Made by a program: the position numbers and the translations under genes. A stretch of 63,884 nt of DNA, filler included, from Octopus bimaculoides (lineage: Eukaryota): NCBI RefSeq assembly GCF_001194135.2. It is 5 parts of 4 records of this genome, joined end to end, with 100 filler letters (N's around TTAATTAATTAA, not from the genome) between each part and the next. Parts side by side here need not be neighbours in the genome. Positions count along the whole stretch, not along the records: positions 35,282 to 48,714 come from NC_068984.1; positions 48,815 to 59,083 come from NC_068985.1; 3 more parts are not named here. One strand, given 5' to 3'. Of this stretch, positions 37,935 to 49,903 are shown in pieces (the stretch's first letter is position 1; each line of letters starts with the position of its first letter). The notes beneath the pieces were generated by a model. The model was not told the origin of the DNA. It did no database searches and was given only the letters and a program-made list of their open reading frames with translations.

Positions 37935-38345
37935 TAAGTAGACGTGACGAGACCACAATAAGGATCGAAATTCGATTATGGTCGTTCATTAATTTTTTCA
38001 TTCTATAGAGAAATAGGTAAAACTGACGTGTTTGTACGTCTCCCGTCTTCTGCATAGGTTTACTTATGTTATGATTTGGGATTGTGTGGACCAGGTTGCT
38101 CGTTGTCAGGCTGCTAGTATTAAATAAAGTGTGAATACTAATGGTACGCAAATTTGTAGCTCCTGTTCTCAGAAACTTATTATTCTGATGTGTACTTAAA
38201 CAGAATGGTTACATGCTTCTCTGGAATTGGTCAAGTAATGTAAATACTTCTGATGAGACCCCAATGAGGGTCGAAAATCTATCAAGGCTGTTCATTTATT
38301 TCATTCTAGGTAAAATAGGTAAAATTGACATATTTTAATGTCTAC
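37935..38345 (+). repeat. Direct repeat pair carrying hammerhead cores 306 bp apart (retrozyme/PLE-like)
   Basis: CTGATGA-GACCC-caatga-GGGTC-GAAA at 38250-38276, with a degenerate homolog at 37944-37970. About 70 bp downstream of each core is also homologous. Confidence 0.65.
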
Positions 38346-38352
38346 TATGTAA

Positions 38353-38407
<55 letters not shown>

Positions 38408-38474
38408 TGTATGTAGGTATGTATTTATTTATGTATGTGTGTGTTTCTATATATGTACTATGTATGTATGTAAT

Positions 38475-39075
38475 TATTCAGTTTTATTTCAAGATTTCTT
38501 GCCAATAGAGGAAGAGTCAGTTTCTAACCTAGATCCAAGGCTCCTTCATTGGAATTTCAACATCAACAACAGGGTATTTTTGTTTGTATGTATGTGTCTG
38601 TGCACACCTTTGAATGCAATGTATGCCAGAAGGTTTGTAAATCCAACGGAGGCCTCAAGAGATATTTTAAGATCCACAAAGAGCAGAACTTATCTGCAGC
38701 TCTTGGAGGTCCAAATCGGAAGTGCAATCTATGTGGGTGTCTTTTCAGAACATTGTCTGGTTTAAAAAGCCACATCAGATGCCATGATGGTGCAAAGATG
38801 TAGGTACAGGAGATGGTCAAACTCTGCATAAGGAATAGACAACCACCACGTATGTATATGTGCAGATTTGAATGTTTTTTTATGTATGTACTCTCATGCA
38901 TGTAGTTGCATGTCTAGACATGTTCATATACACTTAAATGATAAACTTCTGGAAAATTGCACAGATTATTACAATTCCAGTGATGGCTTGGATACGTATT
39001 CTTCGAATCCGCTTTCTCCTTTCTAGTTTGAAAAACCTAATTTCTCAAGATTGATATTTAGACAGTGTGTTGCAT
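38475..39075 (-). mobile_element. RLE retrotransposon 3' end, copy C, interrupted by a C2H2-encoding LINE tail
   Basis: Same 3' UTR block (CTAGATCCAAGGCTCC) as copies A, D and E; IIGALGY..HCL..NLEKLGFS at 39030-39075. Confidence 0.75.
38590..38830 (+). mobile_element. Two C2H2-like zinc fingers, probably the C-terminus of an RTE-type LINE
   Basis: FECNVCQKVCKSNGGLKRYFKIH and CNLCGCLFRTLSGLKSHIRCH. Inserted inside another retroelement; no splice context seen. Confidence 0.55.
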
Positions 39076-39176
39076 ATCCCAGTGCCCCAATAATGTGTAT
39101 GCACATTATTTACATTATTTACATTATTTACATTATTTACATTTGACGGATATTTGTCCTTATCTTATTTGTTGTT

Positions 39177-39222
39177 AACACAACGTTTCGGCTGATATAC
39201 CCTCCAGCCTTCATCAAGTGTC
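39177..39222 (-). ncRNA. Minimal type I hammerhead ribozyme-like motif (core C3 mutated)
   Basis: GACAC-TTGATGA-aGGCTG-loop-CAGCC-GAAA-CG-TT-GTGTT: stem I GACAC/GTGTT, palindromic stem III AACGTT. Confidence 0.6.
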
Positions 39223-39292
39223 TTGGGGAAATTTCGAAACTGGGTTCTCATTCCTAAGGTATTTTTCGATGTTGTTGTTATTATTATTATTA

Positions 39293-40580
39293 TTGTTCAG
39301 TAGTTTTATTTTTATAACGTGCTTTCACTTCACTACCGAGCGCAGCTCTGTGTGCCTTGGGTATGTGCTGTGGTTTGTTGTGATGTTCTTATGGTTACTG
39401 TATTGAAAGTATTTTGCGTAGAATGTGTGCAGTGCTCAGTAGTGCAATTTTCTGTATGTTATATATATTTGTAAGTCCTGGNNNNNNNNNNNNNNNNNNN
39501 NNNNNNNNNNNNNNNNNNNNNNNNNNNNNNNNNNNNNNNNNNNNNNNNNNNNNNNNNNNNNNNNNNNNNNNNNNNNNNNNNNNNNNNNNNNNNNNNNNNN
39601 NNNNNNNNNNNNNNNNNNNNNNNNNNNNNNNNNNNNNNNNNNNNNNNNNNNNNNNNNNNNNNNNNNNNNNNNNNNNNNNNNNNNNNNNNNNNNNNNNNNN
39701 NNNNNNNNNNNNNNNNNNNNNNNNNNNNNNNNNNNNNNNNNNNNNNNNNNNNNNNNNNNNNNNNNNNNNNNNNNNNNNNNNNNNNNNNNNNNNNNNNNNN
39801 NNNNNNNNNNNNNNNNNNNNNNNNNNNNNNNNNNNNNNNNNNNNNNNNNNNNNNNNNNNNNNNNNNNNNNNNNNNNNNNNNNNNNNNNNNNNNNNNNNNN
39901 NNNNNNNNNNNNNNNNNNNNNNNNNNNNNNNNNNNNNNNNNNNNNNNNNNNNNNNNNNNNNNNNNNNNNNNNNNNNNNNNNNNNNNNNNNNNNNNNNNNN
40001 NNNNNNNNNNNNNNNNNNNNNNNNNNNNNNNNNNNNNNNNNNNNNNNNNNNNNNNNNNNNNNNNNNNNNNNNNNNNNNNNNNNNNNNNNNNNNNNNNNNN
40101 NNNNNNNNNNNNNNNNNNNNNNNNNNNNNNNNNNNNNNNNNNNNNNNNNNNNNNNNNNNNNNNNNNNNNNNNNNNNNNNNNNNNNNNNNNNNNNNNNNNN
40201 NNNNNNNNNNNNNNNNNNNNNNNNNNNNNNNNNNNNNNNNNNNNNNNNNNNNNNNNNNNNNNNNNNNNNNNNNNNNNNNNNNNNNNNNNNNNNNNNNNNN
40301 NNNAGTATGGTTTCTTGTTTGTATTTGTCGGCTTCCTTAAATACTGAAAACAGTTTTTTTGTTTTGCTCGTGTTTTGTGGCTATTTGTATTAGTTTTCCT
40401 TGCTTCTGGAGTAGGTATTTTTGCAGTCCTATGGTGGTTATTTTATAATAGTTTTCTAGCTGTAAAAGACCCCTGCCACCTTCTGTGCGTTGTATATATA
40501 GCCTTTCTATGTCAGATTTTGGGTGGTGCATCCTATATCCTGTCATTATTTTTCTTGTTTTCCTGTCTATTTTAGATAGT
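39293..40580 (-). mobile_element. R4/Dong-like RLE retrotransposon, (TAA)n-tailed family, spanning an N gap
   Basis: HHPKSDIERLYIQRTEGGRGLLQLE at 40337-40546. The 3' end at 39293-39480 is highly similar to 48403-48600 and ends in (TAA)n. Confidence 0.75.
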
Positions 40581-41569
40581 TCGTTTAGTGTCCAGATATT
40601 ATGAACATGCGCCTTTGCACAAAATGATTAGGAAAGAGCTTGCTGATTAAAAATAAGTCAAGTTTAAAGAGATAATATAATGATATATCAATACTGATAG
40701 AAAGAAAACATAGTTGTAAAATATAATCAGGTTACATACTGTAATACAACATAATTTGTTCTATATCTTCTCTGAGCACGATTGCGTTTCAGTCAATCAG
40801 TCGTTCATAAAAATATGTGGACGTTTGATAACATCCTCAGTAGACTTCCTTGAGAGTCATTTCAGAATTTTACTAATGTTGTATATGTTTCTATTAATCA
40901 TGAAATCTACGACACATTGGATTCAAGCATAAAACTTTTCATGCGACTCTCAGGGCAATGCCGCTGATAAATGCATTGTATGTTCATATATTTGTATAAA
41001 CCTCTGATTTTAGGAGCGGGTACATGTCTGAAAAAGATATAAACTATATTATGAATTTCATTTCAATTGTCTCTTCTTTTCATTTGTACAGGCGTCATCA
41101 TTTAATTGTTCTAAACCAATTCGGTTTTTATTTATTTTTTTTTATTAAGCCCTCTGCATTTCGCTTCGCACAGAAGAAAACTTTTCTGCATAATTTCGAA
41201 TAATTTCAGACTTATCGTAACAACTCATTTCTGTGATAGAATTTAAATTCATTTTTTGCATTAATTTATGATGATTTGCACAATCTTATAATCTTTTTAC
41301 AAAGCAAACTGAATGCATTTGTGTTCTTAGGGTTGCGACATTCTCTCTATGTCATGTTACTACACCACGATATATATACAATAAAATTCTGAAATGATTC
41401 TCTTTGCAGTGCCAATGATGATGACATCAGGTACCCTTATATTACTATGAACGCCTGGTTTGACAGTAAGAAACATAACTACATCTGGTGAAGGTAAAAT
41501 ACATAATTTAGTTCATTATGTTGCTTGGTTTTATTTTCAAGTGTCATTTCAAATTAGCTGTAGTAAGAT

Positions 41570-41610
41570 GAAGATGTGTGTGTGTGTGTGTGTGTCTGTT
41601 TGTCTGTCCG

Positions 41611-41704
<94 letters not shown>

Positions 41705-41712
41705 TGTGTGTG
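41570..41712 (+). repeat. (TG)n microsatellite
   Basis: Seen directly. Other simple repeats: (AAT)n 31155-31215 and 31430-31480, (GATA)/(GACA)n 47375-47485, (GATA)n 53685-53785, (TAGG)n 45970-46040, (AG)n 60545-60640. Confidence 0.95.
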
Positions 41713-42495
41713 TAACAATAATATCTGACCGGTTGTGTTTTAAATCCCTGGTTGTTTTAATCTTTAAGTTCCACCAATATTCTTTTGGCCCATCGGTCTC
41801 GATATGGTCAACTTCGTCTGTAGGTGTTTTCTCTTTTGTTATCCTGTTCCAGACTGTTCTGGCCACATGGGAAGATAATATCTGCCTCATGGGAAAATAA
41901 TATGCCTCATGGGAAGATAATATCTGGAAGACATTCTCTCGCAATTGGGAATAATGTGGTTGATGTCTTCAGTTTTGGTCTTGCATAGCCTACATTTGTT
42001 GTCTGTCAATGTTTTCTGCCTTTGATGCTGTAAGTGCTTGGCAGGGACCACTTGTTTTGGATTGCATGGAGGTAGCTTTCGAAGTGGAATGTCAGTAAAC
42101 TTGTCAGTACTCCATGCCAAACTTATAACATGATCAATCTCTTCTATGGTTTGTGTTTTACTTGCCAAGTACCCATGTTACATCTTCTCAGTGAACAAGT
42201 TCATTTCTTTTATTTTGTTGCTCTGATAAATAGATTTTATCAATGATCCTAGGAGAGAGGTCTGTATCAGCTTTCGTCAAGTTCATTAGTTATCCCAATT
42301 CTGTTGTTGATTTCATGGTCACAAACTTGAGTAAGATAGTTTAATGGTCTCTTTCCTCTGCTGCAGATGTCACAATGCGTGCTTCATCTGACATCAATAC
42401 AGATTTGAGGACAAAACCACCATCCTTGCATGGGAAGTATAGCATGTCTACATCTCCATTAATGTTGAAGTTACCAGTAATACTGAGTAGCTAGT
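41713..42495 (-). mobile_element. Diverged RLE retrotransposon copy F
   Basis: YFPCKDGGF, KCRLCKTKTEDINHIIPNC..YYLPMRH, EYWWNLKIKTTRDLKHNRSDII. The 5' side abuts (TATG)n at 42508. Confidence 0.75.
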
Positions 42496-43369
42496 GAGTT
42501 CGAACATTTATGTATGTATGCATATATTTATGTATGTATGCATGTATGTATGTATATGTATGTANNNNNNNNNNNNNNNNNNNNNNNNNNNNNNNNNNNN
42601 NNNNNNNNNNNNNNNNNNNNNNNNNNNNNNNNNNNNNNNNNNNNNNNNNNNNNNNNNNNNNNNNNNNNNNNNNNNNNNNNNNNNNNNNNNNNNNNNNNNN
42701 NNNNNNNNNNNNNNNNNNNNNNNNNNNNNNNNNNNNNNNNNNNNNNNNNNNNNNNNNNNNNNNNNNNNNNNNNNNNNNNNNNNNNNNNNNNNNNNNNNNN
42801 NNNNNNNNNNNNNNNNNNNNNNNNNNNNNNNNNNNNNNNNNNNNNNNNNNNNNNNNNNNNNNNNNNNNNNNNNNNNNNNNNNNNNNNNNNNNNNNNNNNN
42901 NNNNNNNNNNNNNNNNNNNNNNNNNNNNNNNNNNNNNNNNNNNNNNNNNNNNNNNNNNNNNNNNNNNNNNNNNNNNNNNNNNNNNNNNNNNNNNNNNNNN
43001 NNNNNNNNNNNNNNNNNNNNNNNNNNNNNNNNNNNNNNNNNNNNNNNNNNNNNNNNNNNNNNNNNNNNNNNNNNNNNNNNNNNNNNNNNNNNNNNNNNNN
43101 NNNNNNNNNNNNNNNNNNNNNNNNNNNNNNNNNNNNNNNNNNNNNNNNNNNNNNNNNNNNNNNNNNNNNNNNNNNNNNNNNNNNNNNNNNNNNNNNNNNN
43201 NNNNNNNNNNNNNNNNNNNNNNNNNNNNNNNNNNNNNNNNNNNNNNNNNNNNNNNNNNNNNNNNNNNNNNNNNNNNNNNNNNNNNNNNNNNNNNNNNNNN
43301 NNNNNNNNNNNNNNNNNNNNNNNNNNNNNNNNNTATATATATATATATATATATGAATGCATGTATGTC

Positions 43370-44919
43370 CTTATTCACTTTTATTTCAAGATTTCTTACC
43401 AATAGAGAAAGAGCCGGTTTCTAATCTAGATCCAAGGCTCCTTAACTGGAATTTCAACACCAACAGGGTGTTTCTGAAAGTATGTAAGTATACGAGCAGT
43501 TTTGTATGTTTTGTTTTATGTATGACTTCTCATTACAACCGTTGCAATAAACATCAACTAAATAACGAAATCAAAGAGAGGTTACCTTCATTACTTAGGA
43601 AAATAACCAGAGATGATGATAGAAAGAGAATCCAACAAGATCTAGAAAAGTCGTACATTAAAGGATTTGAAATGGTGAAGACACGCCAGATTATGAAGTT
43701 TATGAAACTCAAAGGTGATCTTCAGCTTCATGTTAACATCTGCTGGGCATCTGATTTCTACAACTCTTTCTCTTCTCTGTCCCAAATCATTATATCAGCT
43801 CTATAGTGTTTACACTTTATTGAGGTTTACACTGGTACATTCCACCAGTACTTCTTTTTACTATGAGTGGTTATGGCTTCTGCTATTCTGTGGGTTCTTA
43901 CTTCTTTGTCACCCGGGGTTATATTTCCGACGGATTTCATTATAGAGTATCCTAGCTACAGCGTCATGTCTGATCGATAGATAATAGCGTGATGACATTT
44001 TCGGAGAACCGCTTATGATGTAGGTGATATCTTCGGTGTTAACTCTACAAAGTCTGCATCAGTTGTCACATTTTACGGCTTTTTCCGCATCTCTATCCCT
44101 TTTGGGCATCAGGTATTTGGTTGATATTTCCTGTTCCTAGATTGGAAACGCATAGCCTTCACAATGGGAAGTAGTAATTCGGTTGTTAATCCATGATAGA
44201 CTGCTTTGATGATCGATGTTACTATCATCGCGGAGCTTTCTACTAACATATCCATGCATAGTGTTCTGCTCATATACGTTCATCCTTTCAGTTTTGGGCA
44301 CGTATCAGAAAGGAACGTTGCATGTATCAGAAAGCTTAGCAGAAAGGAATGTTGCTCAAGTCTTATGATGTTATCAGCCTCATGTATGCAAACTTGACCA
44401 AGGGATGCACTTCGAAACTTGGTGGTTAAAAGATGTTGCCGAGGTGATATGATACGACATTCAAAGGCAATTTGGATCGATGTTAAGCCTCTGCTGCGTT
44501 GTTTTCGTTCTAGATAGAGGCGATCTATGTTACTGTTGATGTGGAAATTGTGTGTTGGTTAGTATCATCCGCGTTTTCACATCAATGGCTGGGATCTCAT
44601 CAAGCGTCGAGTCAAGCAGGCTAAATGTTTGTATGAGTATTGGCACTGCAAACACATTGTGAGCCACTGTTTTATTGAATAAAGAGTATTCCGATGTCTA
44701 AATTTTCTTTAATCGGCTGTAATATTCTTTAGACACACGTGTTTTGTTACAGGTGCCATTGTAAGATATGTTTTCATCTACTCCTAGATACCTGTAACAT
44801 TCCTCATTAGATACAGAGAAAACAGTCAAGTCATTGATGGAGATGTTGCTAGTCTGGTTTATTATTTTCCCTTTTTTCATAACTATATAGCAACATTTCT
44901 CCGGACCAAATTCCAACGC

Positions 44920-44921
<2 letters not shown>
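43370..44921 (-). mobile_element. RLE retrotransposon copy D, inverted relative to copy B, with an internal insertion
   Basis: ALEFGPEKCCY, YRYLGVDE, RHDAVARILYNE, RPGVTK and the shared 3' UTR block. An unrelated segment at about 43480-43720 may be a PLE N-terminus. Confidence 0.85.
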
Positions 44922-44951
<30 letters not shown>

Positions 44952-45127
44952 TGTATGTATGTACTATAATACACACACACACTAAGCACTCTGATAATCG
45001 CTTTGCACATAAGAAATATTTTCCTCACAATTTCGAAGTGATATTTCAAAAATTATTATAACAGTTCGTTTCTGTGAATTCATTTTAAATTCACTTTCAA
45101 ATTAACTATTGTGATTCGAATACATAC

Positions 45128-45158
<31 letters not shown>

Positions 45159-45255
45159 TGTATGTATGTATGCATGTATGTATGTATGCATGTATGTATG
45201 TATGTATGTATGAATGAATGTATGTATGTATGTATGTATGTATGTGTGTGTATAT

Positions 45256-45945
45256 CATTATTCACTTTTATTTCAAGGTTTCTTTCCAATAGAGAAAGTG
45301 CCGGTTTCTAATCTAGATCCAAGGTTCCTTCATTAGAGTTTCCACTCCATCAACAGGATATCTTTGCATGTATGTGTGTATATGTGCAATATTTGGAGTC
45401 AGTGCATTTCCAGATTTGTATGTTCTCTTTTATGTACGTATTCTCATGCATATGGTTGCATATCTAGACATGCGCATATACACTTAAATGATAAACTTCT
45501 GCAACGTTTTACAGATTTTTACAGTTCTTGTAACAGCTTGAATCTGTAGGCTTCGAATCAGCTTTCTCCTTTCTGGTTTTGAGAAGCCTAATTTCCCAAG
45601 ATTGTTACTTGAGCAGTGTGTTACATATCCCAGTGCCCCAATATTTACAAGTGTAAACCTGATCTTGTAATCTGAATAGAGCAACTACAGATTTCTCAAC
45701 TGTTCAGCGTAGGTATTTTCTTTGTAACATCTGCTAGATAGCTGATTTCTACTACTGTACTCAGTTTTTTTCTCTATCCCAATGACACTATGTCAGGTCT
45801 ATTATATTTACATTTTATTGAGTTTTTCACTAGGACATTCCACCAGTACTCTTTTTTTATTATGAGTGGCTATGACCTCTACCATACTGTGGATTCTTAT
45901 TTCTATGGCTTCGGGGTTATCATTCCGACAGATCTCATTATACAG
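45256..45945 (-). mobile_element. RLE retrotransposon copy E (endonuclease plus 3' UTR)
   Basis: YNEICRNDNPEAIEIR and NIGALGYVTHCSSNNLGKLGFSKPERRKLIRSLQIQAVTRTVKICKT. Both ends abut (TATG)n. Confidence 0.82.
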
Positions 45946-46715
45946 TGTATGTATGTATGTATGTATGTACGTAGGTAGGTAGGTAGGTAGGTAGGTAGGT
46001 AGGTAGGTAGGTAGGTAGGTAGGTAGGTAGGTAGGTAGGTAGGAGGTTTGGATGGACTGATGGACAGACATATGTACATATATACACACATATATGTGAA
46101 TGGGTTTGCGTGAGTATGTGTATATACTTATGGCTTAACCGCAGGCTCGCTAATTCATACGAATCGTGTTCCTATCATGGGAGTTAATTCAATTAAATAC
46201 ACTGAATCAGGATTGCATATCTTGCTATGGTAGATATTAGTTAGGGAAACTATATCTATATTTGCAGCTAAGATACTGATTTGCAGGTGAGAGATGTACG
46301 AACAGTGTTGAGGTACGTTTTATAAAGAGACGATAGAAATTTAGTTATATATGAGAGGGGGAAACTACAAGCACATCATGTAATTGATAACACATTTATG
46401 CACTTAACAAGAAAATCATGGTTCAATTTTCCAGTTGGCTAGACAGGGTTTCTGTTGAGATGAACTTCATATTATCAATGGGAGAACTGGACAAGTTCAG
46501 AGCTGATTCTTGTTGAAGGTGGGTACATGATGGATGTTGTTAAATGCTAGCTTCATCTAAATCAGAAGAGGATCCCTTATTTCATTGAACACTTTAGCAA
46601 GAATACAGACAGACGTGTACACAGAGACACACACACACACGTGCATTTGTATATAAATATATATTCGCTTGTGTATGTATGCACATACATACACACACTT
46701 ATACGTGTATATTTA

Positions 46716-46750
<35 letters not shown>

Positions 46751-47373
46751 NNNNNNNNNNNNNNNNNNNNNNNNNNNNNNNNNNNNNNNNNNNNNNNNNN
46801 NNNNNNNNNNNNNNNNNNNNNNNNNNNNNNNNNNNNNNNNNNNNNNNNNNNNNNNNNNNNNNNNNNNNNNNNNNNNNNNNNNNNNNNNNNNNNNNNNNNN
46901 NNNNNNNNNNNNNNNNNNNNNNNNNNNNNNNNNNNNNNNNNNNNNNNNNNNNNNNNNNNNNNNNNNNNNNNNNNNNNNNNNNNNNNNNNNNNNNNNNNNN
47001 NNNNNNNNNNNNNNNNNNNNNNNNNNNNNNNNNNNNNNNNNNNNNNNNNNNNNNNNNNNNNNNNNNNNNNNNNNNNNNNNNNNNNNNNNNNNNNNNNNNN
47101 NNNNNNNNNNNNNNNNNNNNNNNNNNNNNNNNNNNNNNNNNNNNNNNNNNNNNNNNNNNNNNNNNNNNNNNNNNNNNNNNNNNNNNNNNNNNNNNNNNNN
47201 NNNNNNNNNNNNNNNNNNNNNNNNNNNNNNNNNNNNNNNNNNNNNNNNAACAATTCAAAATATATATGAGTGAGTGTGAGTAGGTATGTGTATGTTTATT
47301 TGCATATTTTACACACACACACGTACTGGTTGTCAAGCTGTGGTAGGAAACAAACACAAAGACACACACACAC

Positions 47374-47485
<112 letters not shown>

Positions 47486-48402
47486 ACGTGTGTGTGTGTG
47501 TGTATTGCAAGTAAGTAAACAATCGAACGGATGAAGCACTCTCAGACACTTGTTTCACGTCCACGAGATTTTAGGTAATATGAGGAACCTGTTACTCACT
47601 ATACATGTGTATGTATTTATATTGTGAACATATTAGTATTTGTGAGTATATTATTCGGCTCTGTACGTCTTCACAGATAGTCCAAGCAGTAGAGAATGTC
47701 TTAAGTATTCGTAGTCTTCTTCCTGCAGCTTCTCTCATGCCTGATCTTTCGTATGTTTGATGAACAAGTTCTGCTGCAAAGTCTTCAAGCAAGGAAGGCG
47801 TTACAGGACTGCAGTGTGTTGTCTTTCTTTCTTTGGTGTTTTACTACGAGGGCCAGGATGTTTTCTTCCTGCATAGACTTGGTAAAAGCTAACTTTTTCC
47901 AAGTCTTTGCAGCGATTATAGCACCTGGTCAGGCTGTTCTTAGATGTTTTATTTAAATCCCAGCTTTGGTCGTCTTCTGGGTTTGCCATCCTGAGTCATC
48001 TTTCCATATCGTATCTAAACATGTATATATGTGTGTGAATATATACATGTCTTTCTATCTATTGATCTATCTATCTATATATCTATTCATCTATCTATAA
48101 GTGCGTGTGTTTATACGAATATATATACATGCCTGAATGTCTGTTCATATATCTAGACATACATACATGCAAACATACAATCTGATCGGCCACATGTTTG
48201 GAGCAAGGTTTTGAAGGAATGCATCTTATTTTGTTCATCATCCAAAAACACAGAAAAAAGAGGTTATCTATCGACCATTGATTAAGAGTTTGCGAATCCA
48301 ATACCCAAGATATACTTTCAATTTCCTATCTATCTATTATTATTATTATTATTATTATTATTATCATTATTATTATTATTATCATTATTATTATTATTAT
48401 TA

Positions 48403-48715
48403 TTGTTCAGTAGTTTTATTTTTATAACGTGCTTTCACTTCACTACCGAGCGCAGCTCTCTGCGCCTTGGGTATGTGCTGTGGTTTGCTGTGGTGCTCTT
48501 ATGTTTACTGTATTGAAAGTGTTTTGCGTAGAATGTGTGCAGTACCCAGTAGTGCAATTTTCTGTATATTATATATATTTGTAAGTCCTGGTGTTTTTGT
48601 TATGTATTTGTCAAGAATATTTTTTTATTATACCTAAGGCACCTACTATGATAGGAATTGTTTCTGTTTTTAGATTCCACATTCGAGTTATCTCTATTTC
48701 CAGGTCTTTGTATTN
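48403..48715 (-). mobile_element. RLE retrotransposon 3' end, (TAA)n-tailed family
   Basis: YKDLEIEITRMW...KYITKTPGLTNIYNIQKIALLGTAHILRKTLSIQ*, followed by (TAA)n at 48330-48402. Confidence 0.8.
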
Positions 48716-49870
48716 NNNNNNNNNNNNNNNNNNNNNNNNNNNNNNNNNNNNNNNNNNNTTAATTAATTAANNNNNNNNNNNNNNNNNNNNNNNNNNNNNN
48801 NNNNNNNNNNNNNNAGTCATTTGACTGCGGCCATGCTGGAGCACCACCTTTAGTCGAAGAAGTCGATCCCAGGTCTTATTCTTACTAAGCCTAGTACTTA
48901 TTCTGTCGGTCTCTTTTGCCGAACCGCTAAGTTTCGGAGACATAAACACACCAACATCGGCTGTCAAGCGATGGTGGGGGAGACTATGTTTGATTTTTGG
49001 TTATAATAAATTTTTATTACATTCTATATCTCCATTTTGTTATTTTTAATTCATATATAGAAGACCCAAAGAGTGGCAGGTAATGCTAAGTAAGTGCTAA
49101 GGACAGACCATAGATAAACTCTTGGTTCGATCGTGCATCATTCACACCACAAAACCCCTTCGAATGTGCAACATAGAATCCACGGCTCCATACTTGGAAA
49201 TGACTAAACATGAACTACTATCGAAACTATCCGTCTGCCACTACCCTCCACGAAAACAATTTAATTTGTGTTCGTGGGAAGAACCATTTTAACGATGCGT
49301 ACTGCCTTAATTCTTCGAAACGCCGGAGTTTTAATGGTGGCAGCTGATGAAGGGGATGTTTCTATGTGGCCTGCTTGTTTGTTGCACCTTGTTTACCATT
49401 TTTGTCCTTGTTCTTTTGCCACGTCATGTACCCAGTTATGTATCTATATGTACATGTGGATGAACGTATATACATACATGTACATATATATGCATATACT
49501 CATATATTGTTTATATATATATATATATATATGCATATATTCATATATTGTTTATNNNNNNNNNNNNNNNNNNNNNNNNNNNNNNNNNNNNNNNNNNNNN
49601 NNNNNNNNNNNNNNNNNNNNNNNNNNNNNNNNNNNNNNNNNNNNNNNNNNNNNNNNNNNNNNNNNNNNNNNNNNNNNNNNNNNNNNNNNNNNNNNNNNNN
49701 NNNNNNNNNNNNNNNNNNNNNNNNNNNNNNNNNNNNNNNNNNNNNNNNNNNNNNNNNNNNNNNNNNNNNNNNNNNNNNNNNNNNNNNNNNNNNNNNNNNN
49801 NNNNNNNNNNNNNNNNNNNNNNNNNNNNNNNNNNNNNNNNNNNNNNNNNNNNNNNNNNNNNNNNNNCACA

Positions 49871-49903
<33 letters not shown>

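Noticed and set aside
47535-47595. Minus-strand GAAAC-aagt-GTC resembling half of a hammerhead
   Set aside because: No CTGANGA box at the required position.
49310-49370. GAAAC followed by CTGATGA (type II hammerhead order); also lone CTGATGA at about 2942, 4447 and 50504
   Set aside because: Flanking stems do not pair convincingly; these short motifs are expected by chance.
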